This document shows positions 20,687 to 30,763 of a stretch of 32,000 nucleotides of DNA, piece after piece. The notes under the pieces were generated by a model, which was not told where the DNA came from, made no database searches, and was given only the letters and a program-made list of their open reading frames with translations. Position numbers and translations under genes: made by a program. Source of the stretch: Candidatus Saccharimonadota bacterium (GTDB lineage Bacteria > Pseudomonadota > Gammaproteobacteria > Enterobacterales > Enterobacteriaceae); contig CP145869.1 of assembly GCA_041941765.1 (NCBI GenBank), positions 402,019-434,018 on the forward strand, in the 5' to 3' direction. Every line of letters starts with the position of its first letter. The first letter of the stretch is position 1.

Positions 20687-21633
20687 ATGATATTATTAAC
20701 TCTAATAAAGTAATGAGTAAATTACAATCTATCCAAGATATATTAGATTGGACTGTAAGCATTTTTAATGAGAGCGATATATATTATGGTCATGGAACAG
20801 ATAATGCTTTGGATGAAGCTATACGATTAGTCTTACCAACAATCTACTTACCATTAAATTTCCCTCAAAATCGTTATTTAGCAGCAAAATTGACTGATGT
20901 ACAACGTCAACGTATTATTAATCGAGTTATGCTTCGTGTGAAAGAACGAATACCAGTTGCTTATATTACTAATAAAGCGTGGTTTTGCAATTATGAATTC
21001 TATATTGATGAAAGAGTATTAATTCCACGATCGCCTATTAGCGAATTAATAGAAAACCAATTTGTATCACTTATTACTACTAATAAACCAAAATATATAC
21101 TTGATATAGGTACGGGAAGTGGTTGTATAGCTATAGCCTGTAGTTATTTTTTTCCCAATGCAATTATCCATGCAGTTGATATTTCTAAAGATGCTTTAGC
21201 TGTTACTGAATATAATATTAATATTCATCATCGTCAAAAATTTATTACATCTTACTGTTCCAATTTATTCGAAAAGATTAGTAATAAATATGATTTGATT
21301 ATTTCTAATCCACCTTACGTAGGAGAAAATCAAATAAAACATTTACCGCCCGAATATGATTTTGAACCTAAATTAGGTTTAATAGCTGGAATGGAAGGAC
21401 TTGAAATAATACATCGTATTTTATTACAGGCATCGGATTATTTAAATAATAATGGTATTCTTATTTGCGAAGTAGGATATCATGAAAATCATTTAATAGA
21501 AAAATATCCGAAGATACCTTTTCTTTGGTTAGAATTTGAAAGAGGTGGTAATGGAGTTTTTATGTTAACAAAAAAACAATTAATTACAAGTAAAAAATAT
21601 GTACATCCGGTTTCAAACCTTAAGGAGTTATAA
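20683..21633 (+). CDS. prmB: Ribosomal protein L3 glutamine N5-methyltransferase
   Basis: 316 aa. YGHGTDN..DEA..LVLP, ERIPVAY.TNKAWFC..EF.VDERVL.PRSPI, the SAM motif DIGTGSGCIAIA, the catalytic NPPY and FLWLEF..GG.GVFMLTK are present. The ATG overlaps the ydjM stop (ATGA). Confidence 0.93.
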   Translation: MNDIINSNKVMSKLQSIQDILDWTVSIFNESDIYYGHGTDNALDEAIRLVLPTIYLPLNFPQNRYLAAKLTDVQRQRIINRVMLRVKERIPVAYITNKAWFCNYEFYIDERVLIPRSPISELIENQFVSLITTNKPKYILDIGTGSGCIAIACSYFFPNAIIHAVDISKDALAVTEYNINIHHRQKFITSYCSNLFEKISNKYDLIISNPPYVGENQIKHLPPEYDFEPKLGLIAGMEGLEIIHRILLQASDYLNNNGILICEVGYHENHLIEKYPKIPFLWLEFERGGNGVFMLTKKQLITSKKYVHPVSNLKEL

Positions 21634-21636
21634 TGA

Positions 21637-22713
21637 ATGGCTGGAAATAGTATTGGACAGATTTTAAAAGTAACGACATGTGGAGAATCACATGGTAAAG
21701 CTCTTGGATGTATTATAGATGGTGTTCCTCCTGGAATAAGTTTAACTGAACAGGATATTCAATCTGATTTGGATCGTCGTCGTCCTGGAAAGTCAATATA
21801 TACTAGTCCACGTAGAGAATTAGATAAGGTTAAAATTATTTCAGGTGTATTTGAAGGTTTAACAACAGGTACAAGTATTGGAATGCTAATAGAAAATATT
21901 GATAATCGGTCTCAAGATTATAATGCAATTAAAGAAATATTTCGTCCTGGTCATGCAGACTATACTTATGAAAAGAAATATGGTATACGAGATTACCGAG
22001 GAGGGGGTCGATCTTCAGCCCGTGAAACTGCTATGCGTGTAGCAGCAGGAGCGATTGCTAAAAAATATCTTCATAATTTATATGGAATAACAATTCGAGG
22101 TTATTTAGCACAAATTGGAGATATTGTTTGTGAATTTCAAAATTGGGAAGAAGTAAATAAAAATGATTTCTTTTGTCCTAATGTTGAAAAAGTAATTTGG
22201 TTGGGGCAACTATTGCGACGATTAAAAAAACAAGGAGATTCTATTGGAGCCAAAATTACTATTATAGCTGAGAATATACCTATAGGTTTAGGAGAACCAG
22301 TTTTTGATCGTCTTGACGCTGATTTAGCACATGCGTTGATGAGTATTAATGCAGTTAAAGGAGTAGAAATAGGCGATGGTTTTGCTGTAGTTTCTCAACG
22401 AGGTAGTGAACATCGGGATGAAATCGATGCAAATGGTTTTAAAAGCAATCATGCTGGAGGTATTTTGGGAGGAATTAGTAATGGTCAACCTATCGTTATA
22501 AATTTGGCAATGAAACCTACATCTAGCATTCTAGTACCTGGACATAGTATTAATCGTTTTGGGGATGAAGTGGACATTATTACACATGGTCGTCATGATC
22601 CTTGTGTAGGGATTCGAGCTATACCTATTGCTGAAGCAATGATAGCCATTATTCTTATGGACCATTGCTTGCGGTACCGTGCTCAGTGTGGAACAAATAT
22701 ACTATCAACTTAA
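21637..22713 (+). CDS. aroC: Chorismate synthase
   Basis: 358 aa with [70 protein letters not shown] and [23 protein letters not shown] lies 9 nt upstream. Confidence 0.96.
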   Translation: MAGNSIGQILKVTTCGESHGKALGCIIDGVPPGISLTEQDIQSDLDRRRPGKSIYTSPRRELDKVKIISGVFEGLTTGTSIGMLIENIDNRSQDYNAIKEIFRPGHADYTYEKKYGIRDYRGGGRSSARETAMRVAAGAIAKKYLHNLYGITIRGYLAQIGDIVCEFQNWEEVNKNDFFCPNVEKVIWLGQLLRRLKKQGDSIGAKITIIAENIPIGLGEPVFDRLDADLAHALMSINAVKGVEIGDGFAVVSQRGSEHRDEIDANGFKSNHAGGILGGISNGQPIVINLAMKPTSSILVPGHSINRFGDEVDIITHGRHDPCVGIRAIPIAEAMIAIILMDHCLRYRAQCGTNILST

Positions 22714-22742
22714 TAAAGTTTAAAGTTAGTTATATGCTTAAA

Positions 22743-24569
22743 TTACAACATATTATTATATTTAATTATACTCTTTTTACGCAAATCATTTAATAATGCA
22801 ACTAGAAACATATTAATTTGATTTTTTCTCATATATGATGAAATGGCAATGGTTTGTTTTTTTGAGGCATTTATAAAACAAATCTTATCTAATGCTATTA
22901 TTATAATCTTTTGTGGAGTATTTTGAATTATAGTATAAGTAGATTGATTTAGTTTGGGATGAATCAAATCAAATATAGTCTTAAGAAGATTTTCATCAGT
23001 ATTATTATTATTAGGTGTTATAACTCTCGCATTTCCAAAATTTAATCTTAAATCTGCTTCAGTTTTGCCTTGACGAAGAAGTAACAAGATTTTATTTAAT
23101 TCTTTCTTTACTCGCTTGTTGATTTTTTTACGCTGTAAATATGTATTAATAATATTATGCACCCGGCTTAGAGATTGAAAGTAAGCTGGTCTATGGTTAA
23201 GAATACGTATCCAAAAACCACTATGATTTTTCAGTGGTATAAAAAAGGTATTTATATTTTTTTTGTGACTACCATTTAAAATTGCCTGTTTAACTTCTGG
23301 AAAATTTAAGTGATTTGGGAGAGTAGTTGTTAAGTTAAACCAATTCGTTTCTTCAGTTTTCATTCCTGTAAGATATTCCAATTCATTAATTGAAATACTC
23401 CTAGATTCACTTATTTGTTTTTTCAATGAAGAATATTTTTCAAAAATCTTTTGTTGTTGTATTTTATTTTTAATAAAATTACGTACTTTATTTAAAGGTA
23501 TAATACGTTGAGATTGGATTCCATCAAGACGGACAATTAAATATCCAATAGGACATTTTATGATCCTTGAAACTTGACCAATTTTTTGTAAATTAATATT
23601 TTTTAACTCATTTGGTAGGTTTTCTGTTCTAATCCATCCAATTTGTCCTCCTAGACGTGCAGAAATAGGATCTATAGAATATTTTTGCGCTAATTTGACA
23701 AAATTAGCACCGGTGTTTAATTTATTTAATAATAATTTGGCTTCTTTTTCAGTTTTCAGTTGAATTATTCGATATTTATATTGAGGTAATTCTATGTAAT
23801 CGGATTTATGTAAATCATACCATTGCTTGATTTCTAAATTACTTACATACGGATTAGAGATTTTATTTACATCTAATAGTAAATAACGAATTTTAAACTG
23901 CTCAGGTCGCATGAAATAATTCAAATATTTTTTATAAAAAGTTTTGATCTCATACTCACTAACTGGTATTTTTGCTGCCATAGATTTAATATCAATGATG
24001 GCTTGACGGATTACACGCTTTTGAAGCACTAATTTTTTAAATTGATTTACTTCATTTGGTAACACAAATTCCGTTTTTACTATAGTAGACAACAATTCCT
24101 GAACTGCTAATTGTTTACGTAAAGTTTCTGCATATTGCTTGCCTGTTATTCCCATGATGTTTAGTACATTTCTATACTTAACATTATCAAATTTACCGTT
24201 AATCATAAAATCTTTTTGATTTAAAATAACAGATTTAATTTCGTCATCATTTATATTAATTCCTAATTGATTTACATACTGTTGAAGTAGTACTTCATCT
24301 ATTAAATTTTGTAAAATCACATTCCGAAATTGTTCCATAGCATTTTCATTGGTAAAAATTTCATTAAATTTTTGACTTAATAATAGTTGACTAACCCACC
24401 AATTAAATGTTTTTTCAAATTGCAATCTACTAATTTTTTGTCCATTGATACTGATAATATAATCCTTTTTAGGATTATAAAATACTCTGTAATTTCCTAT
24501 TACTGTTATTACCATCATCAATATGATAATTCCTAAGACTATTTTTACTATGCGATTTTTTACCACCAT
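22743..24569 (-). CDS. ppiD: Periplasmic chaperone PpiD (parvulin-like PPIase family)
   Basis: An N-terminal TM anchor (IVKIVLGIIILMMV) is followed by QF.K.F, L.QYVN.LGI.I.DDEIK, GKFDN..Y...L, a PEQF...Y block and the parvulin region GGQIGWI....LP.ELKN...G..S..I....GYLIVRLD. All are colinear with E. coli PpiD as recalled. The start is either the ATG at 24569 or the TTG at 24593. Confidence 0.88.
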   Translation of the reverse strand: MVVKNRIVKIVLGIIILMMVITVIGNYRVFYNPKKDYIISINGQKISRLQFEKTFNWWVSQLLLSQKFNEIFTNENAMEQFRNVILQNLIDEVLLQQYVNQLGININDDEIKSVILNQKDFMINGKFDNVKYRNVLNIMGITGKQYAETLRKQLAVQELLSTIVKTEFVLPNEVNQFKKLVLQKRVIRQAIIDIKSMAAKIPVSEYEIKTFYKKYLNYFMRPEQFKIRYLLLDVNKISNPYVSNLEIKQWYDLHKSDYIELPQYKYRIIQLKTEKEAKLLLNKLNTGANFVKLAQKYSIDPISARLGGQIGWIRTENLPNELKNINLQKIGQVSRIIKCPIGYLIVRLDGIQSQRIIPLNKVRNFIKNKIQQQKIFEKYSSLKKQISESRSISINELEYLTGMKTEETNWFNLTTTLPNHLNFPEVKQAILNGSHKKNINTFFIPLKNHSGFWIRILNHRPAYFQSLSRVHNIINTYLQRKKINKRVKKELNKILLLLRQGKTEADLRLNFGNARVITPNNNNTDENLLKTIFDLIHPKLNQSTYTIIQNTPQKIIIIALDKICFINASKKQTIAISSYMRKNQINMFLVALLNDLRKKSIIKYNNML

Positions 24570-24634
24570 ATGAGGATTTATTCCTTGAAACAAATAAAAT
24601 ATTTTTACATTCTATAATAATATGTATGTTATTG

Positions 24635-27013
24635 TTACGGACAAATAGGATTATTTTGTAATGCAATATTAAGAACTTCTTCAACTTGTTTTACGGGATA
24701 AATATTCAAATTCATTCTAATATTAGCTGGAATTTTTTCTAACTCCCGTTGATTCCCATCGGGAATAACTATAGTTTGTATACCTGCTCTATGAGCCGCT
24801 AATAATTTTTCTTTTAAACCACCAATAGGTAATACTTGTCCTGTTAGAGTAATTTCTCCAGTCATTGCTACATCTGCACGAACAGGATTTTTTGTTAAAC
24901 AAGACACTAATACCGTACACATAGAAATACCAGCACTTGGTCCATCTTTTGGTGTAGCACCGTCAGGCACATGTATATGGATATCATTAGTTTCATGAAA
25001 ATTATGCTTAATCCTTAGCTTATCTGCTAAAGTTCGTACTACTGTTACAGCTGCTTGAATAGATTCTCGCATCACTTTTCCCAATGAACCTGTATAAAAA
25101 CATTTTCCTTTTCCTGGAAGACAAGAACTTTCAATTCTTAATATATCTCCTCCATTTTCTGTCCAAGCTAGACCAGAAACTTGACCAATACTATTTTTAC
25201 TTAAAGCTTTACCATACTGGAAACCTTGAATACCCAAATAGTCTTCAAGATTATCTTGTTTGATTTCTATAGATTTTATGGTAGGGTCCATAAGTAAAAT
25301 TTTTACAACCTTACGACATAATTTTGACAATTGTCGTTCAAGATTACGTACTCCTGCTTCGCAGGTATAGAAACGAATAATATCTAAAATGGCTTCTTCA
25401 TCAAGAATTATTTCATTACTTTTTAAAGCATTTCGTTTTATCTGTTTTGGTAATAAATAACGATTAGCGATATTTAATTTTTCGTCTTCTGTATATCCAG
25501 AAATCCGAATCACTTCCATACGATCTAGTAAAGGATGAGGAATATTCATAGAGTTAGAAGTAGCAATAAACATTACATCGGATAAATCATAATCTACTTC
25601 TAAATAATGATCATTAAATGCATAGTTTTGTTCAGGATCCAAGACTTCTAATAAAGCCGCTGCAGGATCTCCTCGAAAATCAGAGGACATTTTATCTATT
25701 TCATCGAGTAAAAATAATGGATTTTTTACACCTACTTTTGCTATTTTCTGCATTAATTTCCCTGGCATAGAGCCAATATAAGTACGACGATGTCCTCTAA
25801 TTTCACCTTCATCACGTATTCCACCCAATGCCATACGAACATATTTACGTCCAGTAGCTTTTGATATAGATTCTCCAAGAGAGGTTTTACCTACTCCAGG
25901 AGGACCTACTAGACAAAGGATAGGACCTCGATTATTTTTATTTATACGGTTTTGAACCGCGAGATACTCCAGAATTCTTTCTTTTACATTTTCTAACCCA
26001 AAATGATCATTATCCAATGTTTCCTTTGCTTTATGAAGATTTTTTTTTATTTTAGTACGAGCATACCAAGGTACTTGAAACATCCATTCAAGATAATTCC
26101 GTATTACTGTTGCTTCCGAGGACATTGGAGACATCATTTTTAATCTTTGAAGTTCAGATTCGGTTTTTTTGTGTGCTTCTGGAGGCATTTTAGCTTCTAA
26201 GATTTTTTTTGTAAAAAATTCATTTTCATCATTATCATCATAATCCTCATGAAATTCCTCCGGTGATTCATCTATTATTTCATCTAACTCTTTTTTGAGA
26301 GCTTTGATTTGCTCATTTATATAATATTCTCGTTGATTTTTTTCCAATTGTGTTTTTACACGCTTGTCTATACGTTCATTTAACTGTAAAAACTCGATTG
26401 CTATTTTCAGCTGTGTTATTAAACATTCTAGTCGCTCATTAACATTTTCTATCTCTAGTAATGACTGTTTTTCAGACAGTTCAAGAGGTAAAATAGCAGC
26501 TACTAGATCTCCAATATGTGCTGGATCGTGAATCTTCTCTAATACGTTTAAAAATTGAAGAGGAATTATTTTAGATAATTGAATATATTTTTCAAATTGA
26601 TTAATAGTAGCACGTCTCAATAATTCCTGTTTACGCTTATTCATTTTTGGAGACATCAAATATTCTATTTTCGCTAAAAAAGATTCTTTATTATTATCAC
26701 TAAACTCATTAATGCGCGCTCTTTTTAATCCTTGAACTATAATTTTTTTGATACCCTCTGATAAATTCAAGATTTTCAAAATTGAGGAAAAGGTTCCAAT
26801 AGTATACATATCTTGAATTCTAGGTTCATTTATTATGGGGTCTCTTTGTGTAACTAACATAATTTTTTTGCTTTGATTCATAGCTATTTCAAGACCTTTA
26901 ATCGATTTTTCACGACCCAAAAATAATGAAATCACCATGTGCGGATAAACCACTACGTTACGCAGCGGTAATACAGGAATTATAATACTTTCCGAACACT
27001 TACGGTTCATCAT
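24635..27013 (-). CDS. lon: ATP-dependent Lon protease
   Basis: 792 aa with IPVLPLR.VVVYPHMV, Walker A GPPGVGKTS, LFLLDEIDKM, the catalytic Ser context PKDGPSAGI and GGLKEKLLAAHR.GI. Confidence 0.97.
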   Translation of the reverse strand: MMNRKCSESIIIPVLPLRNVVVYPHMVISLFLGREKSIKGLEIAMNQSKKIMLVTQRDPIINEPRIQDMYTIGTFSSILKILNLSEGIKKIIVQGLKRARINEFSDNNKESFLAKIEYLMSPKMNKRKQELLRRATINQFEKYIQLSKIIPLQFLNVLEKIHDPAHIGDLVAAILPLELSEKQSLLEIENVNERLECLITQLKIAIEFLQLNERIDKRVKTQLEKNQREYYINEQIKALKKELDEIIDESPEEFHEDYDDNDENEFFTKKILEAKMPPEAHKKTESELQRLKMMSPMSSEATVIRNYLEWMFQVPWYARTKIKKNLHKAKETLDNDHFGLENVKERILEYLAVQNRINKNNRGPILCLVGPPGVGKTSLGESISKATGRKYVRMALGGIRDEGEIRGHRRTYIGSMPGKLMQKIAKVGVKNPLFLLDEIDKMSSDFRGDPAAALLEVLDPEQNYAFNDHYLEVDYDLSDVMFIATSNSMNIPHPLLDRMEVIRISGYTEDEKLNIANRYLLPKQIKRNALKSNEIILDEEAILDIIRFYTCEAGVRNLERQLSKLCRKVVKILLMDPTIKSIEIKQDNLEDYLGIQGFQYGKALSKNSIGQVSGLAWTENGGDILRIESSCLPGKGKCFYTGSLGKVMRESIQAAVTVVRTLADKLRIKHNFHETNDIHIHVPDGATPKDGPSAGISMCTVLVSCLTKNPVRADVAMTGEITLTGQVLPIGGLKEKLLAAHRAGIQTIVIPDGNQRELEKIPANIRMNLNIYPVKQVEEVLNIALQNNPICP

Positions 27014-27195
27014 AGATAGAGCTCTCTCTTAGTTGATTTTTCCGCTAGAATTTTATTAATTCAAATATATGAAAAAAGCATAATAATTCTTCATCCCTTT
27101 ATATTTAATATAAATAGGAATCAATATTACTTACTCCTTAGGTGATGAAAAATAAATATACTACATACACCGCTTAATTGATGATTAGAAAGATT

Positions 27196-28488
27196 TTACT
27201 CGCAAGATGCTTGTTGTTGTGTTTTTTTATAAATAAGTATAGGAACAGTTTTTCCTTCAACAACTGATTTATTAATCACAATTTTCTCAATATTGGTCAT
27301 AGATGGTATCTCATACATAGTATGAAGTAAGATACTTTCAATAATAGAACGTAAACCCCGCGCTCCAGTTTGACGTAATATTGCTTTTTGGGCAATAGAT
27401 GCTAAAGCTTCATCACTAAATTCTAAACTTATACCTTCTAGATTGAATAATGCTTGATATTGTTTAGTAAGTGCATTTTTAGGTTCTTTTAAAATCTTAA
27501 TGAGAGTTTCCTCATTTAATGAGGTTAAAGTAGTAACTACAGGAAGACGACCAATAAATTCCGGAATGAGTCCAAATTTAATTAAGTCTTCGGGTTCTAC
27601 TTGTTCTAATAATTCATTTTCAGAGACTTTTTCTACCGATTTTTTTATGGTTGCTCCAAAACCAATTCCAGAACTAGCTTCAACACGTTGAGCAATTATT
27701 TTATCTAAGCCTGTAAATGCACCACCACAGATAAACAGAATATTAGAAGTATTGACTTGTAAAAATTCTTGTTGCGGATGTTTACGTCCACCTTGTGGTG
27801 GGACAGCAGCAATTGTACCTTCTATTATTTTTAATAAAGCCTGTTGAACCCCTTCTCCAGAGACATCTCTAGTAATAGATGGATTATCTGATTTTCTGGA
27901 AATTTTATCAATTTCATCAATATAAACAATTCCACATTGTGCTTTTTTCACATCATAATTACATTTTTGTAATAATCTTTGGATTATATTCTCAACATCT
28001 TCCCCTACATATCCGGCTTCCGTCAACGTAGTTGCATCTGCAATAGCAAAGGGTACATCTAAGATTTGTGCAAGTGTTTCCGCTAAAAGCGTTTTTCCAC
28101 TTCCAGTAGGACCAATTAATAATATATTACTTTTTCCTAAATCAATAGGAATATCACTTGTTTTAAATAAACGCTTATAGTGATTATATACAGCAACTGC
28201 TAACACTTTTTTAGCTTTTTCATGACCGATAACATAAGTATCCAGATACTTACGAATGCTATGTGGAGTGGGTAGCGTCGTTGTTGGTAAGGGATGGTTT
28301 TTTTCATTGTGCATAGTAACTTCCTTCATTCCGCTAATGACTATAGAGTGACATATTTTAATACATTTATCGCAAATACTGATATAATTTCCAGCAACTA
28401 TTTTACGTACTTGATATTGATTTTTTCCACAAAAAATACAGTAATACAGCCCGGAGCAGTTGTTTCTGTCTGTGCGATTATCTATCAT
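27196..28488 (-). CDS. clpX: ATP-dependent Clp protease ATP-binding subunit ClpX
   Basis: 430 aa with an N-terminal zinc ribbon (C.FCGK...CDKC), Walker [18 protein letters not shown], the IGF loop (SGIGFGA) and GARGLRSI. Confidence 0.97.
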   Translation of the reverse strand: MIDNRTDRNNCSGLYYCIFCGKNQYQVRKIVAGNYISICDKCIKICHSIVISGMKEVTMHNEKNHPLPTTTLPTPHSIRKYLDTYVIGHEKAKKVLAVAVYNHYKRLFKTSDIPIDLGKSNILLIGPTGSGKTLLAETLAQILDVPFAIADATTLTEAGYVGEDVENIIQRLLQKCNYDVKKAQCGIVYIDEIDKISRKSDNPSITRDVSGEGVQQALLKIIEGTIAAVPPQGGRKHPQQEFLQVNTSNILFICGGAFTGLDKIIAQRVEASSGIGFGATIKKSVEKVSENELLEQVEPEDLIKFGLIPEFIGRLPVVTTLTSLNEETLIKILKEPKNALTKQYQALFNLEGISLEFSDEALASIAQKAILRQTGARGLRSIIESILLHTMYEIPSMTNIEKIVINKSVVEGKTVPILIYKKTQQQASCE

Positions 28489-28553
28489 TATTAATAAACC
28501 TCTTTTTTTAAAATTCGTAATTATTCCTTACCCTTATTCTTACTACAATATTA

Positions 28554-29183
28554 TTACTCTCGATTAGTCAGGATCGAATCAACTAAACCATATTTTACGG
28601 CTTCATTTGCAGATAGAAAATAGTCTCTTTCTGTATCTTTTTCTATCACTTCCAGGGGTTGTTCGGTATGATAAGCCATCAGCTGATTCATTTTAGTCTT
28701 TATTCTTAAAATTTCGCGAGTATGTATTTCTATATCTGTGGCTTGTCCTTGATAAGCACCTAGTGGCTGATGAATCATAACGCGTGAATTAGGTAAACAA
28801 AATCGTTTACCTTTAGTACCTGCTGTAAGTAAAAAAGCACCCATAGATGCGGCTAATCCTATACAGATAGTGCTAATATCTGGTTTAATAAACTGCATGG
28901 TATCATAAATAGACATTCCTGCAGTAATAATTCCTCCCGGTGAGTTAATATACAAATATATATCTTTATCAGGCTTTTCTGCTTCCAAAAATAATAATTG
29001 TGCGACAATTACATTGGCTGTATAGTCTTCAATATTACCTGTTAAAAAAATTATACGCTCTTTAAGGAGACGAGAATATATATCATATGCTCGCTCACCT
29101 CGAGCGTTCTGTTCAATAACCATAGGTACAAACATCATTTTTGATCCAATTTCTGGTTCTACACCGGAGCTCTTATATGACAT
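28554..29183 (-). CDS. clpP: ATP-dependent Clp protease proteolytic subunit
   Basis: [26 protein letters not shown], the Ser context [11 protein letters not shown] and the His context MIHQPLG are present. I place the start at the ATG at 29181-29183 (MSYKSSG, cf. E. coli MSYSGE), with GGAG 6 nt upstream. The ATG at 29195 lies within that SD region. Confidence 0.95.
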   Translation of the reverse strand: MSYKSSGVEPEIGSKMMFVPMVIEQNARGERAYDIYSRLLKERIIFLTGNIEDYTANVIVAQLLFLEAEKPDKDIYLYINSPGGIITAGMSIYDTMQFIKPDISTICIGLAASMGAFLLTAGTKGKRFCLPNSRVMIHQPLGAYQGQATDIEIHTREILRIKTKMNQLMAYHTEQPLEVIEKDTERDYFLSANEAVKYGLVDSILTNRE

Positions 29184-29231
29184 TGTTATCTCCATTTCCT
29201 TCTAGTAGTTGTTACTAACTATTTCCTCAAA

Positions 29232-30473
29232 TCAATAAATCAAGTTTTGTTCATATTCGACTATCATTCTTTTTAAATCCTGAAATTGCATTTTTTTTTC
29301 AGTAATTACACACTGATTCATAATTAGTTCTATTGCCATATTTTCTAAGACTAAATTCTGAATACTTTTCATCGTTTCTTGAGATTTCCGAAAATATTTT
29401 ATTAATGGTTGAATATGTTCTTCCTTTACGTTTAGTTTATTCATACGGATTACTTCATTTAATAATAATCCTAAAGTCACACGATTCTTAGCTTTTTTTT
29501 CTAAAATGCTACGTGGAAAAATTTTCATACTAGATAGTTGATATAAATTTTTCACTTCAGTTTTTAACAATGAAATAGGAATTTCAATTTTATTATTTGT
29601 TAATAATTCATGAAAGATCTGTAACTTAAGAAAATAATTTACGGTATTTTTAAGCTCTCGTTGCAGATTTTGTCGTATTTCATCGCGTAATTTTACTATA
29701 GATCCTTTAGATTCAGATACTTCTAAATGTTTAATGAATTTTTTATTGAATTCTGGTAATTGACACTCTTCTACTTTTTTCAATAAAATATTAAATTGAG
29801 TAATATTATTTTTTTCTTTCTCCGGAAAATTTAATTCAACTATAAAGTTATCTCCAAGAATATGACCAATAATTTGTTTATCCAAGTCAAAATACATAGT
29901 AGATTCAGGTGCTATAATTAAACTTAGGTTATTAACCTTGTTATCATTTTCAGGTTGTTCCAAGTTGATTAACTCTATAGTTACACGATCCCCCACTTGT
30001 ACGGGACGAGTAACCGGTTTCCAAACTCCTTGTTTTCTACAAAGATCAATCAATATATTATCTATATCTTCTTCATTTACTTCAACTATTGGTTTATTAA
30101 CTTTAATAGAATCAAAATTTTTTAATTGAATTTCAGGAGCAATTTCAAATTCTATTATATAGGTAAAATCCGATCCTTCTTTATATTCCCCTGGCATGTA
30201 GCTCAAATTCCCAACTGGAACAAAATTGTTTTTTTTTATTACTGTAATGAACTCTTGTTGCATAAGATCAGTTAAGACCTCATTAAGTATAGACATACCA
30301 TAACGTTGGGCTACTATTTTCATAGGTACCTTACCTTGACGAAATCCATCCATACGAATTTGTTGAGCAACGTGGACTAGTTTTGTTTGAACCATATCTT
30401 TGATATTTACAGCAGGAATAGTAATTGTTATTCTACGCCCAAGATTATGAGTCTTTTCTACTGATACTTGCAT
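29232..30473 (-). CDS. tig: Trigger factor
   Basis: MQVSVEKT..LGRR.TITI and the ribosome-binding signature GFRQGKVP match Tig. I place the start at the ATG at 30471-30473, with GGAGG about 11 nt upstream. The ORF-track start at 30491 is a TTG inside that TTGGAGG. The central PPIase domain is divergent (see findings). Confidence 0.93.
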   Translation of the reverse strand: MQVSVEKTHNLGRRITITIPAVNIKDMVQTKLVHVAQQIRMDGFRQGKVPMKIVAQRYGMSILNEVLTDLMQQEFITVIKKNNFVPVGNLSYMPGEYKEGSDFTYIIEFEIAPEIQLKNFDSIKVNKPIVEVNEEDIDNILIDLCRKQGVWKPVTRPVQVGDRVTIELINLEQPENDNKVNNLSLIIAPESTMYFDLDKQIIGHILGDNFIVELNFPEKEKNNITQFNILLKKVEECQLPEFNKKFIKHLEVSESKGSIVKLRDEIRQNLQRELKNTVNYFLKLQIFHELLTNNKIEIPISLLKTEVKNLYQLSSMKIFPRSILEKKAKNRVTLGLLLNEVIRMNKLNVKEEHIQPLIKYFRKSQETMKSIQNLVLENMAIELIMNQCVITEKKMQFQDLKRMIVEYEQNLIY

Positions 30474-30763
30474 TGATTTTATTACCTCCAAAATTATATA
30501 GATTTGATTGAGTTAAACAATTTTTTAGCTTCAAAAAGATATAACGTAACGCTATTTTTATAATAATGGCAAATGCATCATACATAAATAACATAACTAT
30601 CTCTCACTAATGTGTCGATAATTAATTTTTATTCTAACCTAACTAGAAACAAAATAATGTTAATAAGTTATTAATAAAAATTAACTCTATTTACAGTTTA
30701 GATACCTTCTATTACAATATAAAAATAAGATGAGCAGATGGAGAGAATCCGAGGTATTAATAA

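Noticed and set aside
26195-26284. An acidic stretch in Lon (DEIIDESPEEFHEDYDDNDENEFFTKKILE), about 11 residues longer than the corresponding E. coli linker
   Set aside because: It is length variation in a low-complexity linker between conserved blocks. There is no independent domain and no repeat at the DNA level.
27056-27139. An orphan strong SD (AAGGAG, 27134..27139, minus strand) 9 nt upstream of a TTG-initiated 22-codon ORF (MIPIYIKYKGMKNYYAFFIYLN) in the clpX-lon spacer
   Set aside because: It is short, starts at TTG, and has the composition expected from AT-rich non-coding DNA. E. coli has no gene here. I cannot tell it from chance without conservation or expression data.
27014-27195. 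Looked for a sigma-32 heat-shock promoter upstream of lon
   Set aside because: Only weak, AT-degenerate resemblances are present (a TTTGAA and a TTTCATAT element), with spacing that does not fit. This is not supportable by eye.
8824-30129. Track ORFs 8824..9006(-), 11829..12056(+), 15212..15412(+), 24475..24684(-), 27500..27691(+), 28294..28494(+) and 29938..30129(+)
   Set aside because: Each is nested antisense or out of frame within a well-supported gene (tyrS, yciC, pheT, ppiD/lon, clpX, clpX, tig). None has an SD or any family resemblance.
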